NCBI GenBank assembly: GCA_002269645.1
Contig: NIVC01000736.1
Span: 1-64,000 of the forward strand
Reading direction: 5' to 3'
Length of the DNA: 64,000 nucleotides
Source of the DNA: Macrostomum lignano
Lineage: Eukaryota
Below the pieces are notes generated by a model. That model did not search any database. It saw only the letters and a program-made list of their open reading frames with translations, and was not told where the DNA came from. Of this stretch, positions 35,801-47,508 are shown one piece after another. How positions within the stretch are numbered: position 1 is the first letter of the stretch; each line of letters opens with the position of its first letter. Position numbers and translations under genes: made by a program.

Positions 35801-38800
35801 GCCAAATGATGCTTGGGTGGCACGGGAAGCTGGGCAGGATCAACGGCCAGATGCAGAGCCCGAGTTCTTGGGAATGCCTGGTATGGATCCTGACTTGCCA
35901 GAGACTGCCGATGACGATCCGGCTGCGTTTTTCAAGCTGTTTCTGACTGCTGACCTGCTGCAACAGCTCTGCGCTTGGACCAATGCGCAGCGTGGCGCAA
36001 ATTCGACGAGTTACAAGCATCGATGCCAAACTTGCCTCAAAGGTTCTCTGCGTGGAAAGACGTGACCGTGGACGAGATGAAGAAGTTTGTCGCCATGTCG
36101 CTTTACATGGGAATAGTTAAAAAGCCCGAGACCGCCAACTATTGGAGCAAAGATGATTTCTACGCAGCACCTTTCTTCCAAAAACTCGCTTGCCTAACAA
36201 GGGACAGGTACCAACAGATCAGTAGCCAGCTGCGCTTCTATGACTGCAATAACTTCGATGGAAACAACTCATAAAACAGATTTATAGGTGGTGTCGACAG
36301 GCTGGAACTCTGCCTTGCAGCCATACAACCCATGCCGGCGGACTCAGAAGTGGCCCACAAAGCTCGGCGCGAACCTTTTTCTTGTACTGTCCAGAAACGG
36401 CTGGGTTGTGTACCGATCGTGTGGCGGTACACTGGAGTTTTTAAAGTTTCTGGAGACCATAAACAAGAACTTTATCGACTCCTCTGGACCAGGTCGTGTA
36501 AGAGCTGCTTGGGCACAGCAGCAGCCAGCAGTGGCTCACCAACAGCACTCGCTGAAGCGCATTGAAGCCACCGAAGCGCAAGCCCGACCAACGAAGCGGT
36601 GCAGGCAGTGCTACAAGAACGGCCAGGCCAAGAAAACCGTGTTCGGCTGCGGCTCCTGTGAAGGCAACCCTGGACTGTGCGCTGCGCAGCCCCCTGCTTT
36701 GCCGACTGGCATGCCGCTCAGGTGTAACTTAAATACTTTTTATTTTTTAAAGCCAAAGGCAGCTCATATTTAATTGACAAAGGGCCCGCCCGTTCTATAA
36801 AGCCATCGTAAGATAAAATCGTTCTTAGTTCCTATTTCCGCGGTGTAAAAGTTTCGACGTACGTAGGATCGAACTGACGCTACGACAGCTTTATAGAGAC
36901 TGCTGGCTACCCAGCAACTAAGAATCTGGAATGGGCGGATAAAGCATTTATGTTTTCATCCCTAAATTGTGAGGACCCGGCCATCAGTAAAAGTTTTTAA
37001 GCTTTTACTTTAGGACTACTTAAAGGATCTGGGAAGTTGGCTACTAGCGTGCCCAGCGACTGAGAAATGATGTGGGAGGCTGGCCCAGCAACTGACGATC
37101 TGGGAGGCTGGCCCAGCAACTGACGATCTGGGAGGCTGGCCCAGCAACTGAGGATCTGGGAGGCTGGCCAAGAAAATGAGGATCCGGGATAGGCGCAGTA
37201 TTTCTGTTTTTATACATAAAATTGAATTCTGTGCGCAGCGCTCACTATGGCCCAGACAAATCCACAATCAGCAAAAGGTGCTGACAGATGCAGGGCCAAC
37301 TCTCGGCTGCACATAACTGAGTTCAATCTCTCACAAGTGTAACATAGTCTGTAGCTGCGGGTGGGGGCTACGACTGCCGGAAATTGTGAGGACATGATTT
37401 AATAAATTTACAATTATCTAACTAATGGCTGTGCTGTACATTTTTTGTATCACCACGGGGTCTGGGAGAGTCTGTATAACAGCATGAGGATCTGGGAGAG
37501 TCTGTATGACAGCATGGGGATCTGGGAGAGTCTGTATGACAGCATGGGGATCTGGGAGAGTCTGTATAACAGCATGGGGATCTGGGAGAGTCTGTATAAC
37601 AGCATGGGGATCTGGGAGAGTCTGTATAACAGCATGGGGATCTGGGAGAGTCTGTACGCAGCGCTCACTATGGCCCAGACAAATCGGCAATCAGCAAAAG
37701 GTGCTGACAGATGCAGGGCCAACTCTCGGCTGCACATAACCGAGTTCAATCTCTCACAAGTGTAACATAGTTTGTAGCTGGAAAAGTTTCAGTGCTAAGA
37801 CTGCCGGAAGTTGTGAGGCACTTGCTGCTACTGGGTTTAGTAAAGCATTTCTCCTACAATGAATTTCATCTATATCTACCGGTATACCCAAAGTAAGTCT
37901 GTGCCAGTGGCGCCACAGCATCTGAGAGCCAAACTCACATAACCGGAAGCTGCAGGCGCAGCGGCGGCAGCGGCAGACGCAGGGGCCGTGGAGGCCACCG
38001 GTGCGCAGTAGAGGCCTTTGTAGCGCAACTCGAACGCCTGGCCGATAGTGGACACGACGTCCGAGGCCAGGCCGTCCGGACATTCGATTACGTAACAGGC
38101 CCGGCCCTGGAGAGCGTCCTTAGCTACGTAGGCAACGTAGTCCATGGTGTCGGCGTCGCCGCCGCTGGCGAAGGACACGTTAACCAGATCGTGATTGGCT
38201 ATCACCGCCTGCGTATCCATGGCAACCACGTTGATGCTCTGTGTAGTGACGGTTATATTGACGCTGCAGCCGCTGTGCTGCATGGCCGGCCGGTCGCCAA
38301 GCAGCTTGGCGATGGCCTTGTCCCGGCGCTTCTTGCCTGGCATCAGCAGCCCGGCCGACTCGCAGCACATGCAGATGGCGGCCCGCGTCACCTGGCGGAG
38401 GGAGGGGCGCTGGCGCTCAGACTGGGACAGGACAAAGACTTAACACTCGGATGGAACAGAGACCAGACCAGGATGGAACAGACTTCAGACTGGGATGGAA
38501 CAAAGACTTCAGATTGTGGTGGAACAAAGACTTCAGAATGGGATGGAACAGAGACTTCAGTTGTGGTGGAACAGACTTCAGACTGGGATGGGACAGAAAC
38601 TTCAGACTAGAATGGAACAAAGACTTCAGACTAGGATGGAACAAAGACTTCAGTTTAGGATGGAACAGAGACTTCAAATTTGAATGGAACAGAAACTTCA
38701 GACTGGAATGGAACAGACTTCAGACTGGGATGGAACAGAGACTTCAGACTGGGATGGAACGAAGACTTCAGACTGGGATGGAACGAAGACTTCAGACTGG

Positions 38801-39441
38801 GATGGAACGAAGACTTCAGACTGGGATGGAACAGAAACTTCAGGCTAGGATGGAACAGACTTCAGACTAGGATGGAACAAAGACTTCAGATTAGGATGGA
38901 ACAAAGACTTCAGATTAAGATGGAAGGAACAAAGACTTCAGATTAATATGGAAGGAACAAAGACTTCAGATTAAGATGGAAGGAACAAAGACTTCAGACT
39001 GGGATGGAACAGAAAGTTCAGACTAGGATGAAAAAGAATTTAGACTAGGCGAGACCAGAGACTCAAACGGTGACTAAATAGTGTTCGCAGCGCCAAAAAT
39101 ACTAAGAGCAACAAAGACACAATGGCCAGCTCTCGTCTGCACTAGGCAAAAAGCAACTATACAATCTCTCACAAGTTTAACATAGTCTCTAGCTAAAATC
39201 GGGTTGCTAAGACTGCCGGAAATTGTGAGGCATATCAGACAGAAAAGCTGAATCACGCATGGCTCAGCAAACTCGCCTGGTTTCGCATGTCAGTCTTGAG
39301 CGACCTGGTGCTGGCCAGCACTGGCACACTGCCAACATAGCGGACACCGTAGGTCACTCCGCAGTTGGGGGCCAGGCTGTAGTCTGGATGGACGAATCGC
39401 GGCTTCCTGCCACCACCTGTTGATGCCATTTGGCTGCTCAT
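31543..39441 (-). CDS. shc: Shc adaptor protein (PTB-CH1-SH2), about 400 aa, exons 39441-39277, 38391-37939, 32382-32271, 32015-31543
   Basis: PTB: GVTYGVRYVG, RNQ|VTRAAI, SFASGGDADTMDYVAYVAKD, RACYVIEC, VVSTIGQAFELRY. SH2: QPWYHG...GDYLVR...GQFVLSG...[29 protein letters not shown]...LPIVS. Phases are consistent; the CH1 exon 3 is less certain. Confidence 0.93.
32404..33290. repeat. (GAT/GGT)n trinucleotide array
   Basis: Directly visible; intronic in shc. Confidence 0.97.
33786..35330. repeat. Composite repeat: about 165-bp unit A, about 65-bp unit B, 30-bp minisatellite (about 38 copies), unit A
   Basis: Unit A (gcagcgctcactatggcccagacaaatc...actgccggaaattgtga) at 33786 and 35168; minisatellite unit gggatctgggagagtctgtataacagcatg. 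Confidence 0.92.
35355..36996 (+). mobile_element. piggyBac (PGBD4-like) element, internally deleted
   Basis: N-terminal PAAFFKLFLTADLLQQLCAWTN and VTVDEMKKFVAMSLYMGIVKKP...YWS...LTRDRYQQI..LRF; C-terminal Cys-rich KRCRQC...TVFGCGSC..NPGLC. DDD core absent. Flanking TTAA at 35351 and 36997; TIRs weak. Confidence 0.82.
37026..37190. repeat. 28-bp tandem repeat (ggctggcccagcaactgacgatctggga)
   Basis: About 4-5 copies; shares GATCTGGGA with the 30-bp minisatellite. Confidence 0.85.
37233..37830. repeat. Second A-B-minisatellite(about 6 copies)-A composite
   Basis: Near-identical to 33786-35330 apart from minisatellite copy number. Confidence 0.92.
38448..39050. repeat. 23-24-bp minisatellite (gactgggatggaacagagacttca)
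   Basis: Fills shc intron 1. Confidence 0.93.
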
Positions 39442-39958
39442 GCCTGCGGCGGTCACGGTTTGGCTATGACTTATCTAAGAGCTACAAATGCAGTCTTTGT
39501 TAAACTTTCAGAGAAAATACTATGTATGTTAATACTATGTATATCTTGTATAAAACTGCATAGGAACAAAACTAAAGAATTTTAAAACATAAGGCCCACT
39601 ATATTAAATATATACCATCAAGATAAATCTAGGATACACTGGCTAGTTTAAAGCATTGAATTTTTTAGTGTACATTTACTGCCTGCTACCCCTATTGGAA
39701 TAAATGTTAAAAACCTGCGGATGCGCGCTTTGGAAAAGAGTCAAACTATTTTACCGTGCTTTAGGATTATTAGAGATGTTCCGAAAGATCTGCAGTTTCA
39801 TTGAAATCAAAATTCACCAACTTTCTAAAATCAAAATTGAAATTTCCCGAAATCATAATTTAGAAAAACAAAGTTTAGTATGATCAACACTCACTTTTTT
39901 ACTTTCAATTTACTGCTTAAGCAAAAAGTAATACATGTATATGTAGTAGAAAGTAGTT

Positions 39959-40744
39959 GGCTCATTCTATATAAGCATGGTCGTAACATGACAGGTTATT
40001 TTTACTTATAAAATGAAATCTAATAATAGAATATACTAAACTAATATTTTAAATGAAAGATTATTTTGTCTAGAATATTTTTATAGAGTTTCATATAGAT
40101 ATCATCATTAGTATAGATGCTATTAAACCTTAAATGACACTTATGGTCGTAACGACAGGATTTTTGACATATAGAAACTAAAAGGTAAAAGTCTTATAAC
40201 ATTTTTCATTTTTGATATTTTGCAATACATTTTTAAAATTTGACTAAGAACATCTTTAGAAATCATACTCTTTTATTAGAATATATAAACTCAAAAGGCA
40301 ACATAGATACAAAAGAAAAGGCAGCCTTATGGTCGTAACATTATGGTCGTAACATATTTTTTTCTGTCAATTCAGTAACTTTGAGGTACTAATACATTAA
40401 AAATATAATAGATTATTTGGTCACCAATGCTTTTATCTGATGATGCAAGTACTATACTTTTATCTATAGTTTGTTTCAACCTTCAAAAGCTTTCTATTTG
40501 TTTTTAAAAGGTACAAAATCTTAATGATGTCTTTTGCTTCGAAAAATGTCCAAATTTTTACAAAAATGACTTTTTGCCAATTGATAACATACTAATCCAA
40601 CATTTTACCATTCCTTTATTCTTAGATTGTATATATTGCACAATATAAACATTTGGTAAAAAAATAGGCTAATTAGGCAATGGCAAGCAAAAATATTGAC
40701 TTTTTTCTATTTTCCAAATATGTCCATCTTATATGGAATGAGCC
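39959..40744. mobile_element. 786-bp non-autonomous TIR element with 4-bp TSD (Sola-like)
   Basis: Left end GGCTCATTCTATATAAGCATGG; right end (reverse complement) GGCTCATTCCATATAAGATGG; TSD AGTT at 39955-39958 and 40745-40748; internal repeats ATGGTCGTAAC. Confidence 0.8.
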
Positions 40745-42873
40745 AGTTTATTTTTAGTGACTTTTTAGACACTACCAAAATTTTTACTTCTAAATTTTTT
40801 TGAAGTTGAAATTTGCTCTAAAAAATTTCAAATTTTGGAAATTGAAATTGAATTTTCGGAACATCTCTAAGCTTAATAAATTACGAGTGTATAAGCCCCT
40901 TCAACAGAGGTATTATACCCATTTCCATGTATATGTATTTGCTAGAGCAGCAGCCAGTAAGAAAGGGCAGCACGCGCAGGCGATGCACCTGTGCGCACGC
41001 TGCGCTTTAGAAAAATTTCAAAAGTGCGCTGGACACGGTCCGCAGTTTTACAACTTTTTCCTATAGGGCCTGCTACAATAAGAGGTTTGCAAGTTTGTGC
41101 ATTGAATTTCACTGTCCGCTAGTTAGCAAGGGTCCAAGTGTACATGTGCAGCCACTTAGAATGCCCCAATCCCCCCATTGGAAAGAAAATACACTGCCAA
41201 GATAGGAAAAAATAGTAACACAATTGCTCAAAATTGATGCAAATTTTCAGTTTAGAGCAGAAAAAGTAGCCAAATAAGGTTTAGAAAACAGTTTTCTGCC
41301 TTTTAACAGACTTAAATTTGAAAATTTCAACATTAAAATAGCCTATTTGTTATGTAGGAAAATTTTCCATTGATAGATATGTCTCGCATTTAAGTTGCCA
41401 ACCATCTAGGAGGACATACGGCACGCATTAAACCCAGTTAGTTGATCAATCAATCAATTGGTCCACTCAGCTTTAAATATATGATATATAAATGTATAGC
41501 AGAAGTGTAAGTATAAAAACACTATTATAATAACCTTATTATAGCCATGGGATGTCTTTATATATAATTTTTATATGTAGAAATATTTGAAGTTTGCTTA
41601 ATTTATTTAAAATATATTAATAAGTATTCATAGCAGAAAAGAGAGTTATAGTTTTTAACTAGCAAAGCAAAGGAAAATAAACAAAAATATATTTATAGAA
41701 AATCTTCTATAGAAAGCACTTTCTTTATTTTTTTGCCTACTTAATATAGTTGATATTCTATTAGGCCTACCTAAGAGCATGACTAAGATTACCCCTGATT
41801 GGCCAAATTTCCTAGATTAATTTCTAGGAAAGACATCATAGATTTTTAAAAGGTCAACTGACTCCTTGACCATTTAGATACATCTTTTGTTGTGAGATTT
41901 GGTCATTTGTATATTTTAGGCTATGTATAAAAATTGTATATTTTGCATATACATGTATAACTGCTAATTTTGATTTTCTTTAAAGTTGCAACTGATGTTT
42001 CTTTAAAAAGCATCAAAGATTTCTTGCTTTTTTGCCATGTACAACATACTATACTAGAAAAATATAGTCCATATAATAAAAAAGAATATAGCAATGAATA
42101 AATTTCTATTGAAATTGCAAGGGGTGTCCAAGAAGTAGTGTCACTTTTGCTTGCTTCCACAAATATTAATGTGTATTAAAAAAAATAATATGGGCCATTC
42201 CATGTAAATAGGGTCGTAACATTTACATATAAAATTCAAAGTATATGCCTTATATATATATGCCTTAAAAGTTAGCAGCTTATTTTAGCTGTCATGCCAC
42301 GAAAATCCAATTTTTATAAGTGCTTCTTGCTGTAAGCAGCATGCATTTGTTCACATATCCTTGGCCATAGAAATACACACTGTCTAGTGCTTCTATGCTC
42401 ACTTAGAAGAAAGCCACAAGTACAGTTGATCAAGCACAGAAAAGAACAAGGAACAAAGAACAAGTATTCTATCCAGATGTCCCCCATCGGGGGGCGAAGA
42501 TTGCTAGAACAATACTAATGTGGAAATTGTAGAATCGATCGGCAATCAGTAGCTGACAAGTGACAGTGTTTCAGACTACAAACTGCAAACTACATGTACA
42601 TGTAAAACAACTGATTTATAAAGTGATGGCGCAGGATATTTTAAAAAGTTCTAAAAACTAGTTTTAAAAAAGAAAAAAATTACTATTTCAGCATCATTGA
42701 CCAAAAAGTGAAGTTTTGATCATAACTTTCTGTAAAAGAACGCAACTATTTCATCCATTTTAAAGAAAATTTGATTATTTGCATGCTCAAAATTTCAAAA
42801 GTATCGGGACTACTGGGGTTCGGCAGGCAGTTGCAGTTGGCAGCAACGCAACGCCTCCCATCGGTGGACTGCT

Positions 42874-43750
42874 TGACGTAACCTAACTGTGTTCCTTTGA
42901 TTGATGTTTCCCGTTCCCCCGGTTGCTCCCACCATTGTTCCCCCGGCGGGTCCTTTCCCTGATCGCATCCTTGTTTTAACGTGTTTTGCCACGTAACCAC
43001 CGCCGGTTTTATTCCTTTTTCCCTCGTGTGTTCCACCCGGTGTTCCCCCTTGTGTCCCACTCCCGGGAATTAGCAGAGTTCTGCGTATAAATTCTTGCGT
43101 GTTTAGTTTCAGTTTTCAACCCCCCTTTTGTTCTGGTTCTGTTCTGGACCGTAGCTAATCTCTCATTTGCTCAGTGCATAACCCCAATTTATTTCATTAA
43201 TTGCTCTCGGCACCGCCGAATCTACTCTTGTAGCGAATTAATAATTAATAATAATACTTTAGTAATTCTTAGTAATTTGTTTAACTAGTGCCTATCCAGT
43301 GTTAAATAATAAGAAGTGACGACAATATTTATTCACTCGTTCCTAATCGAAGCCTTTAGTTTCGATTGAGTCATTTGCCGCGGGGCGTAAAACAACCAAT
43401 TAGTCTCATCTCAAAGAAAGCTCTGAGGCCCTTAACGTTCCGTAATACGAAATTACGGTGGTGGCAGCGCTACTTTACTACTGATAGTTAACAAACCGAG
43501 CATATCGACAGATACAAAATTTACGGCGTCTGAAGACCCAATTGAACGACCGTGCCGTTAAAAGACTGCTCGACTGCGAATTACGACTACCCCCCCCCCC
43601 CCGGAATTGAGGACCCGGCAGACGGAGTATCAACGGAGAAGCTAAACGCATCAGTTCGTGAAATTTTCCGGCTTTACGAGTGCCGAGACAACGCAGACGA
43701 CAATTCAAAGTTGAACCGCCCCACCTTAAATTGGTGTAAGCAACCGACCG
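42874..43750 (+). mobile_element. Possible Gypsy 5' LTR, PBS and start of internal region
   Basis: TGGTGGCAGCG at 43459-43469 resembles a Gypsy PBS and follows an LTR-like stretch with a TATA-like gtataaa; no second LTR. Confidence 0.3.
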
Positions 43751-43824
43751 ATTTCAAACACAAAGATATTCAAATTAAATAAATTATTTTTTTTCTCCTT
43801 TTCTTCGCCCCCACCTCAATTGCA

Positions 43825-43942
43825 TCGGAAGTTACCGAAGTCCGATACTGTCAAAAAAGTATCGACTTCCGATACTCCGATACTATCGGCGATACCTTTT
43901 GGGTATCGGAGTATCGGAGTATCGGAATTGTGCCCAACACTG
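43825..43942 (-). mobile_element. hAT-like element end
   Basis: Minus strand begins CAGTGTTGGGCAC, followed by repeated CCGATACT/AGTATCGG subterminal motifs; partner end not found. Confidence 0.4.
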
Positions 43943-44234
43943 CTAATGAGTGATGTATGTTTAGGTCCATATTGTTACGTATTACCAAATAAAATCTCCT
44001 TTTTTGGGATCAGTCAAACAGAAACAGTCTCCTTTATTTTACTTTCTCAAAATGTGCAGGCATCCTGAATTTGATCATTTTGCTTGCTATGAAAAGTTTA
44101 GTAGTAGGCCCTATTCAGTGCACTCACTTCAAGGCAATGCCAATAAGACTATGATTAATAGGATAAAACATTGTCTAAAATCAGTTTTTTAAATTGCATG
44201 ACATGCACTCCTTGACTTTCATTCTTGGGCGCAA

Positions 44235-44382
44235 CCTAGGGTTTCACCCAGCCTTTTCTATTGGCAACACACACATGTAAGTCGCTATTAGCTGGCAGCA
44301 GTACAGTATGTGACTATTGTTCTGTCCAATAGCGACTTACATGTGTGTGTTGCCAATAGAAATGGCCGAGTGATTCCCAAGG
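44235..44382. repeat. Long inverted repeat (hairpin or mini-MITE)
   Basis: Perfect 35-bp arms at 44255-44289 and 44328-44362, with an imperfect extension of about 20 bp more and a 38-nt loop. Confidence 0.9.
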
Positions 44383-44602
44383 TTATGCATGCATGCATGT
44401 TGACTTTTTGTAGATAGGCTTGGCTAGAATTAGCCAGTTACCAGTTGTTACTGTTAGGCCCTAATTAGAGGCAAAGGGTCTAAGAATAAGTTTTACTAAA
44501 ATAAGGTTTAGACTAGCTTAGGACCTTGGCCTAAGATTAAAAAAATCAAATGGCTCTACTAGGCCTAACCATTGCATAAGTTAAGTTTTATCTAGAATTC
44601 TA

Positions 44603-45090
44603 TGCCTGCCCTGCCCTGCCCTGCCCTGCCCTGCCCTGCCCTGCCCTGCCCTGCCCTGCCCTGCCTGCCCTGCCCTGCCCTGCCCTGCCCTGCCCTGCCC
44701 TGCCCTGCCCTGCCCTGCCCTGCCCTGCCCTGCCCTGCCCTGCCCTGCCCTGCCCTGCCCTGCCCTGCCCTGCCCTGCCCTGCCCTGCCTGCCCTGCCCT
44801 GCCCTGCCCTGCCCTGCCCTGCCCTGCCCTGCCCTGCCCTGCCCTGCCCTGCCCTGCCCTGCCCTGCCCTGCCCTGCCCTGCCCTGCCCTGCCCTGCCCT
44901 GCCCTGCCCTGCCCTGCCCTGCCCTGCCCTGCCCTGCCCTGCCCTGCCCTGCCCTGCCCTGCCCTGCCCTGCCCTGCCCTGCCCTGCCCTGCCCTGCCCT
45001 GCCCTGCCCTGCCCTGCCCTGCCCTGCCCTGCCCTGCCCTGCCCTGCCCTGCCCTGTCCTACCCTGTCCTGCCCTGCCCCCTGCCCTGCC
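44603..45090. repeat. (CCCTG)n pentanucleotide array
   Basis: Directly visible; followed by CT-rich sequence to about 45300. Confidence 0.98.
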
Positions 45091-45574
45091 CTTCTCCCCT
45101 CTCTTCCTTTCTCTCACCTGTCAACTCTCCCAACTCTCCTCTCTCCCCCTCTCTTCCTTTCTGTCACCTGTCAACTCTCCCCTCTCTCCTCTCTCCCCCT
45201 CTCTTCCTCTCTCTTCCCTCTCTCTTTTCACCAATCTCCTCTCTCCCCCTCTCTCTTCGATCCTCTCTCTCTCGCCCCCTCTACCCCTGTTCCCCTCTCC
45301 CCCCGTCAAAGTACGATACCTATGTTTATGAGGCTCACAGAATCCAACGTTGTCTGGGTTGCGTTCTGCAATGGTTCCTTATAATTCAACAAACCAAAAA
45401 CCAACACATGCAAAACACTGATTGCATTCCCTGTCTGACAGGTCGCCACGCAGTGTCGCGGAGAAGGGGCAGGGTGGCAGACTTGCTCAGAAATGTAGAC
45501 CGGATGACAGAAGCACAGCAAGACTAGCAGAAGACTAGCATGGAAGACTGGAAGAAAGGAAGACTGAAGACTCC

Positions 45575-46168
45575 CGGCTGCTCAGACTGCTGCTCTCCCA
45601 GATGCTCAGACTGCTGCTCTCCCAGATGCTGACTGCTGCTCTCCCAGATGCTCAGACTGCTGACTGCTCTACCAGATGCTCAGACTGCTGACTGCTCTAC
45701 CAGATGCTCAGACTGCTGCTCTCCCAGATGCTCAGACTGCTGCTCTCCCAGATGCTGACTGCTGCTCTCCCAGATGCTCAGACTGCTGACTGCTCTACCA
45801 GATGCTCAGACTGCTGACTGCTCTACCAGATGCTCAGACTGCTGCTCTCCCAGATGCTCAGACTGCTGCTCTCCCAGATGCTCAGACTGCTGATTGCTCT
45901 CCCAGATGCTCAGACTGCTGATTGCTCTCCCAGATGCTCAGACTGCTGACTGCTCTCCCAGATGCTCAGACTGCTGACTGCTCTCCCAGATGCTCAGACT
46001 GCTGCTCTCCCAGATGCTTAGACTGCTGATTGCTCTACCAGATGCTCAGACTGCTGCTCTCCCAGATGCTCAGACTGCTGCTCTCCCAGATGCTCAGACT
46101 GCTGCTCTCCCAGATGCTCAGACTGCTGCTCTCCCAGATGCTCAGACTGCTGCTCTCCCAGATGCTTA
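45575..46168. repeat. 24-28-bp minisatellite (cagatgctcagactgctgctctcc)
   Basis: Directly visible. Confidence 0.95.
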
Positions 46169-47508
46169 AACTCAAACTTTTTCAAATTCAGTATGCTTAA
46201 TGTCTTACTGACAGTAGTGCCATACAATCCTATGTTTTCTTGTGCAAACAGCACGTAAGGAAGATAATTAAGCGTTTGACAGCATTGCTGACCTTTGGGA
46301 TATGCTCGTATTAACGGTAACTTTGGATTAATAGTAATTACACTCGCTGCTTCTATAATCGGACCATTGCATGTAATACGCCAAATGCTTTAATTTATGC
46401 TGGCTCTCTTGACCCTCGTAGTTTTACCCTGAGGCAGTGCCAGAATCCATGCAGTGGCTTCAAAAACACTAATTTGCGTTATTTTGCATTTGCGTCCTTT
46501 GAAGTTAATTAGGCCGATCTTATTACAGATCCATCGTTGGGAGCTCACTGACCGCCCGCGGCAGTTGCTATCCATATCCATATTTAGATGCCGGAGATTT
46601 AATGATATCTAATTAAAATAAAATCGTTTGGTGACGGAAATTTTTTGAGTTTCATCCAGTCAGTACTTGGCATCCACGCAAAAATGACTCAGAGGGTCCC
46701 GGGCTCGATTTCACCGTCGCGGCAGTTGATCGGAGTGCAGCTTGTGCGATCGACTATCGCTCACCGCTACAGCCAACATGCAGAGGGAAAACTGAAAATT
46801 ACCTCCTCACCGGCTGGCGAGACAACTTCCTGAAAGACTCGTCTTTAATAAATTTATCGAGCGTGCACTCCAACCCATGCCAGGCCTCATCATGATTGCC
46901 CCATTGTGCCGCAGCGAAGCAGGCGGTCCATCAAATTCAATTCGTGCGAGAGTGGCTGCTCAATGCCGAACTACTCACTTGCCATATTTGGCCGATGCTT
47001 TGAGCTCTCAGAAGTCGAAGCAGCCTCTCTCTGGCTGTTGTCAAGCGGGGGTACTTCATCACTACTTTCGGTCGGCATTGCCCCGTCTCCACCCTCAAAA
47101 ACAGACAGTGAATGGAGGATACGATGGTTGCTAGGCCGCTTGGCAACGCGCCCCGTTAGCCTCCCCAATCGCCAGCTTCCAATCGTTGATGATGCAGGCC
47201 GTCACAGCCATGGGGTGGGTGGGTGCAAATTCTCGCCATTCTCCGCGGCTCTGTCAGTCTCCCCATCCTTTTCTCCCGCTCGTGGCTCACTCTAACAGGC
47301 CAAGGCCAAGCTCTGGTTTATTTTAACGAGTCCCTCAGGGGTTCGTCCGGCGACACGCGTTCCTGGTCGCCAGCTTTGATTTGTACTGAAGGACTAATCT
47401 CATCTGCTCTCAAGTCGGGCACTCGTCGGAGCTCTCCAGTCTCAAATCGGCGCATTGGGTTGGGGCTGTCGAGATTTGTGCGGCAAATCAGAGAGATAAA
47501 AAATAGTG

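Noticed and set aside
44581-45384. GQGRA / PALPC repeat proteins
   Set aside because: Translations of (CCCTG)n.
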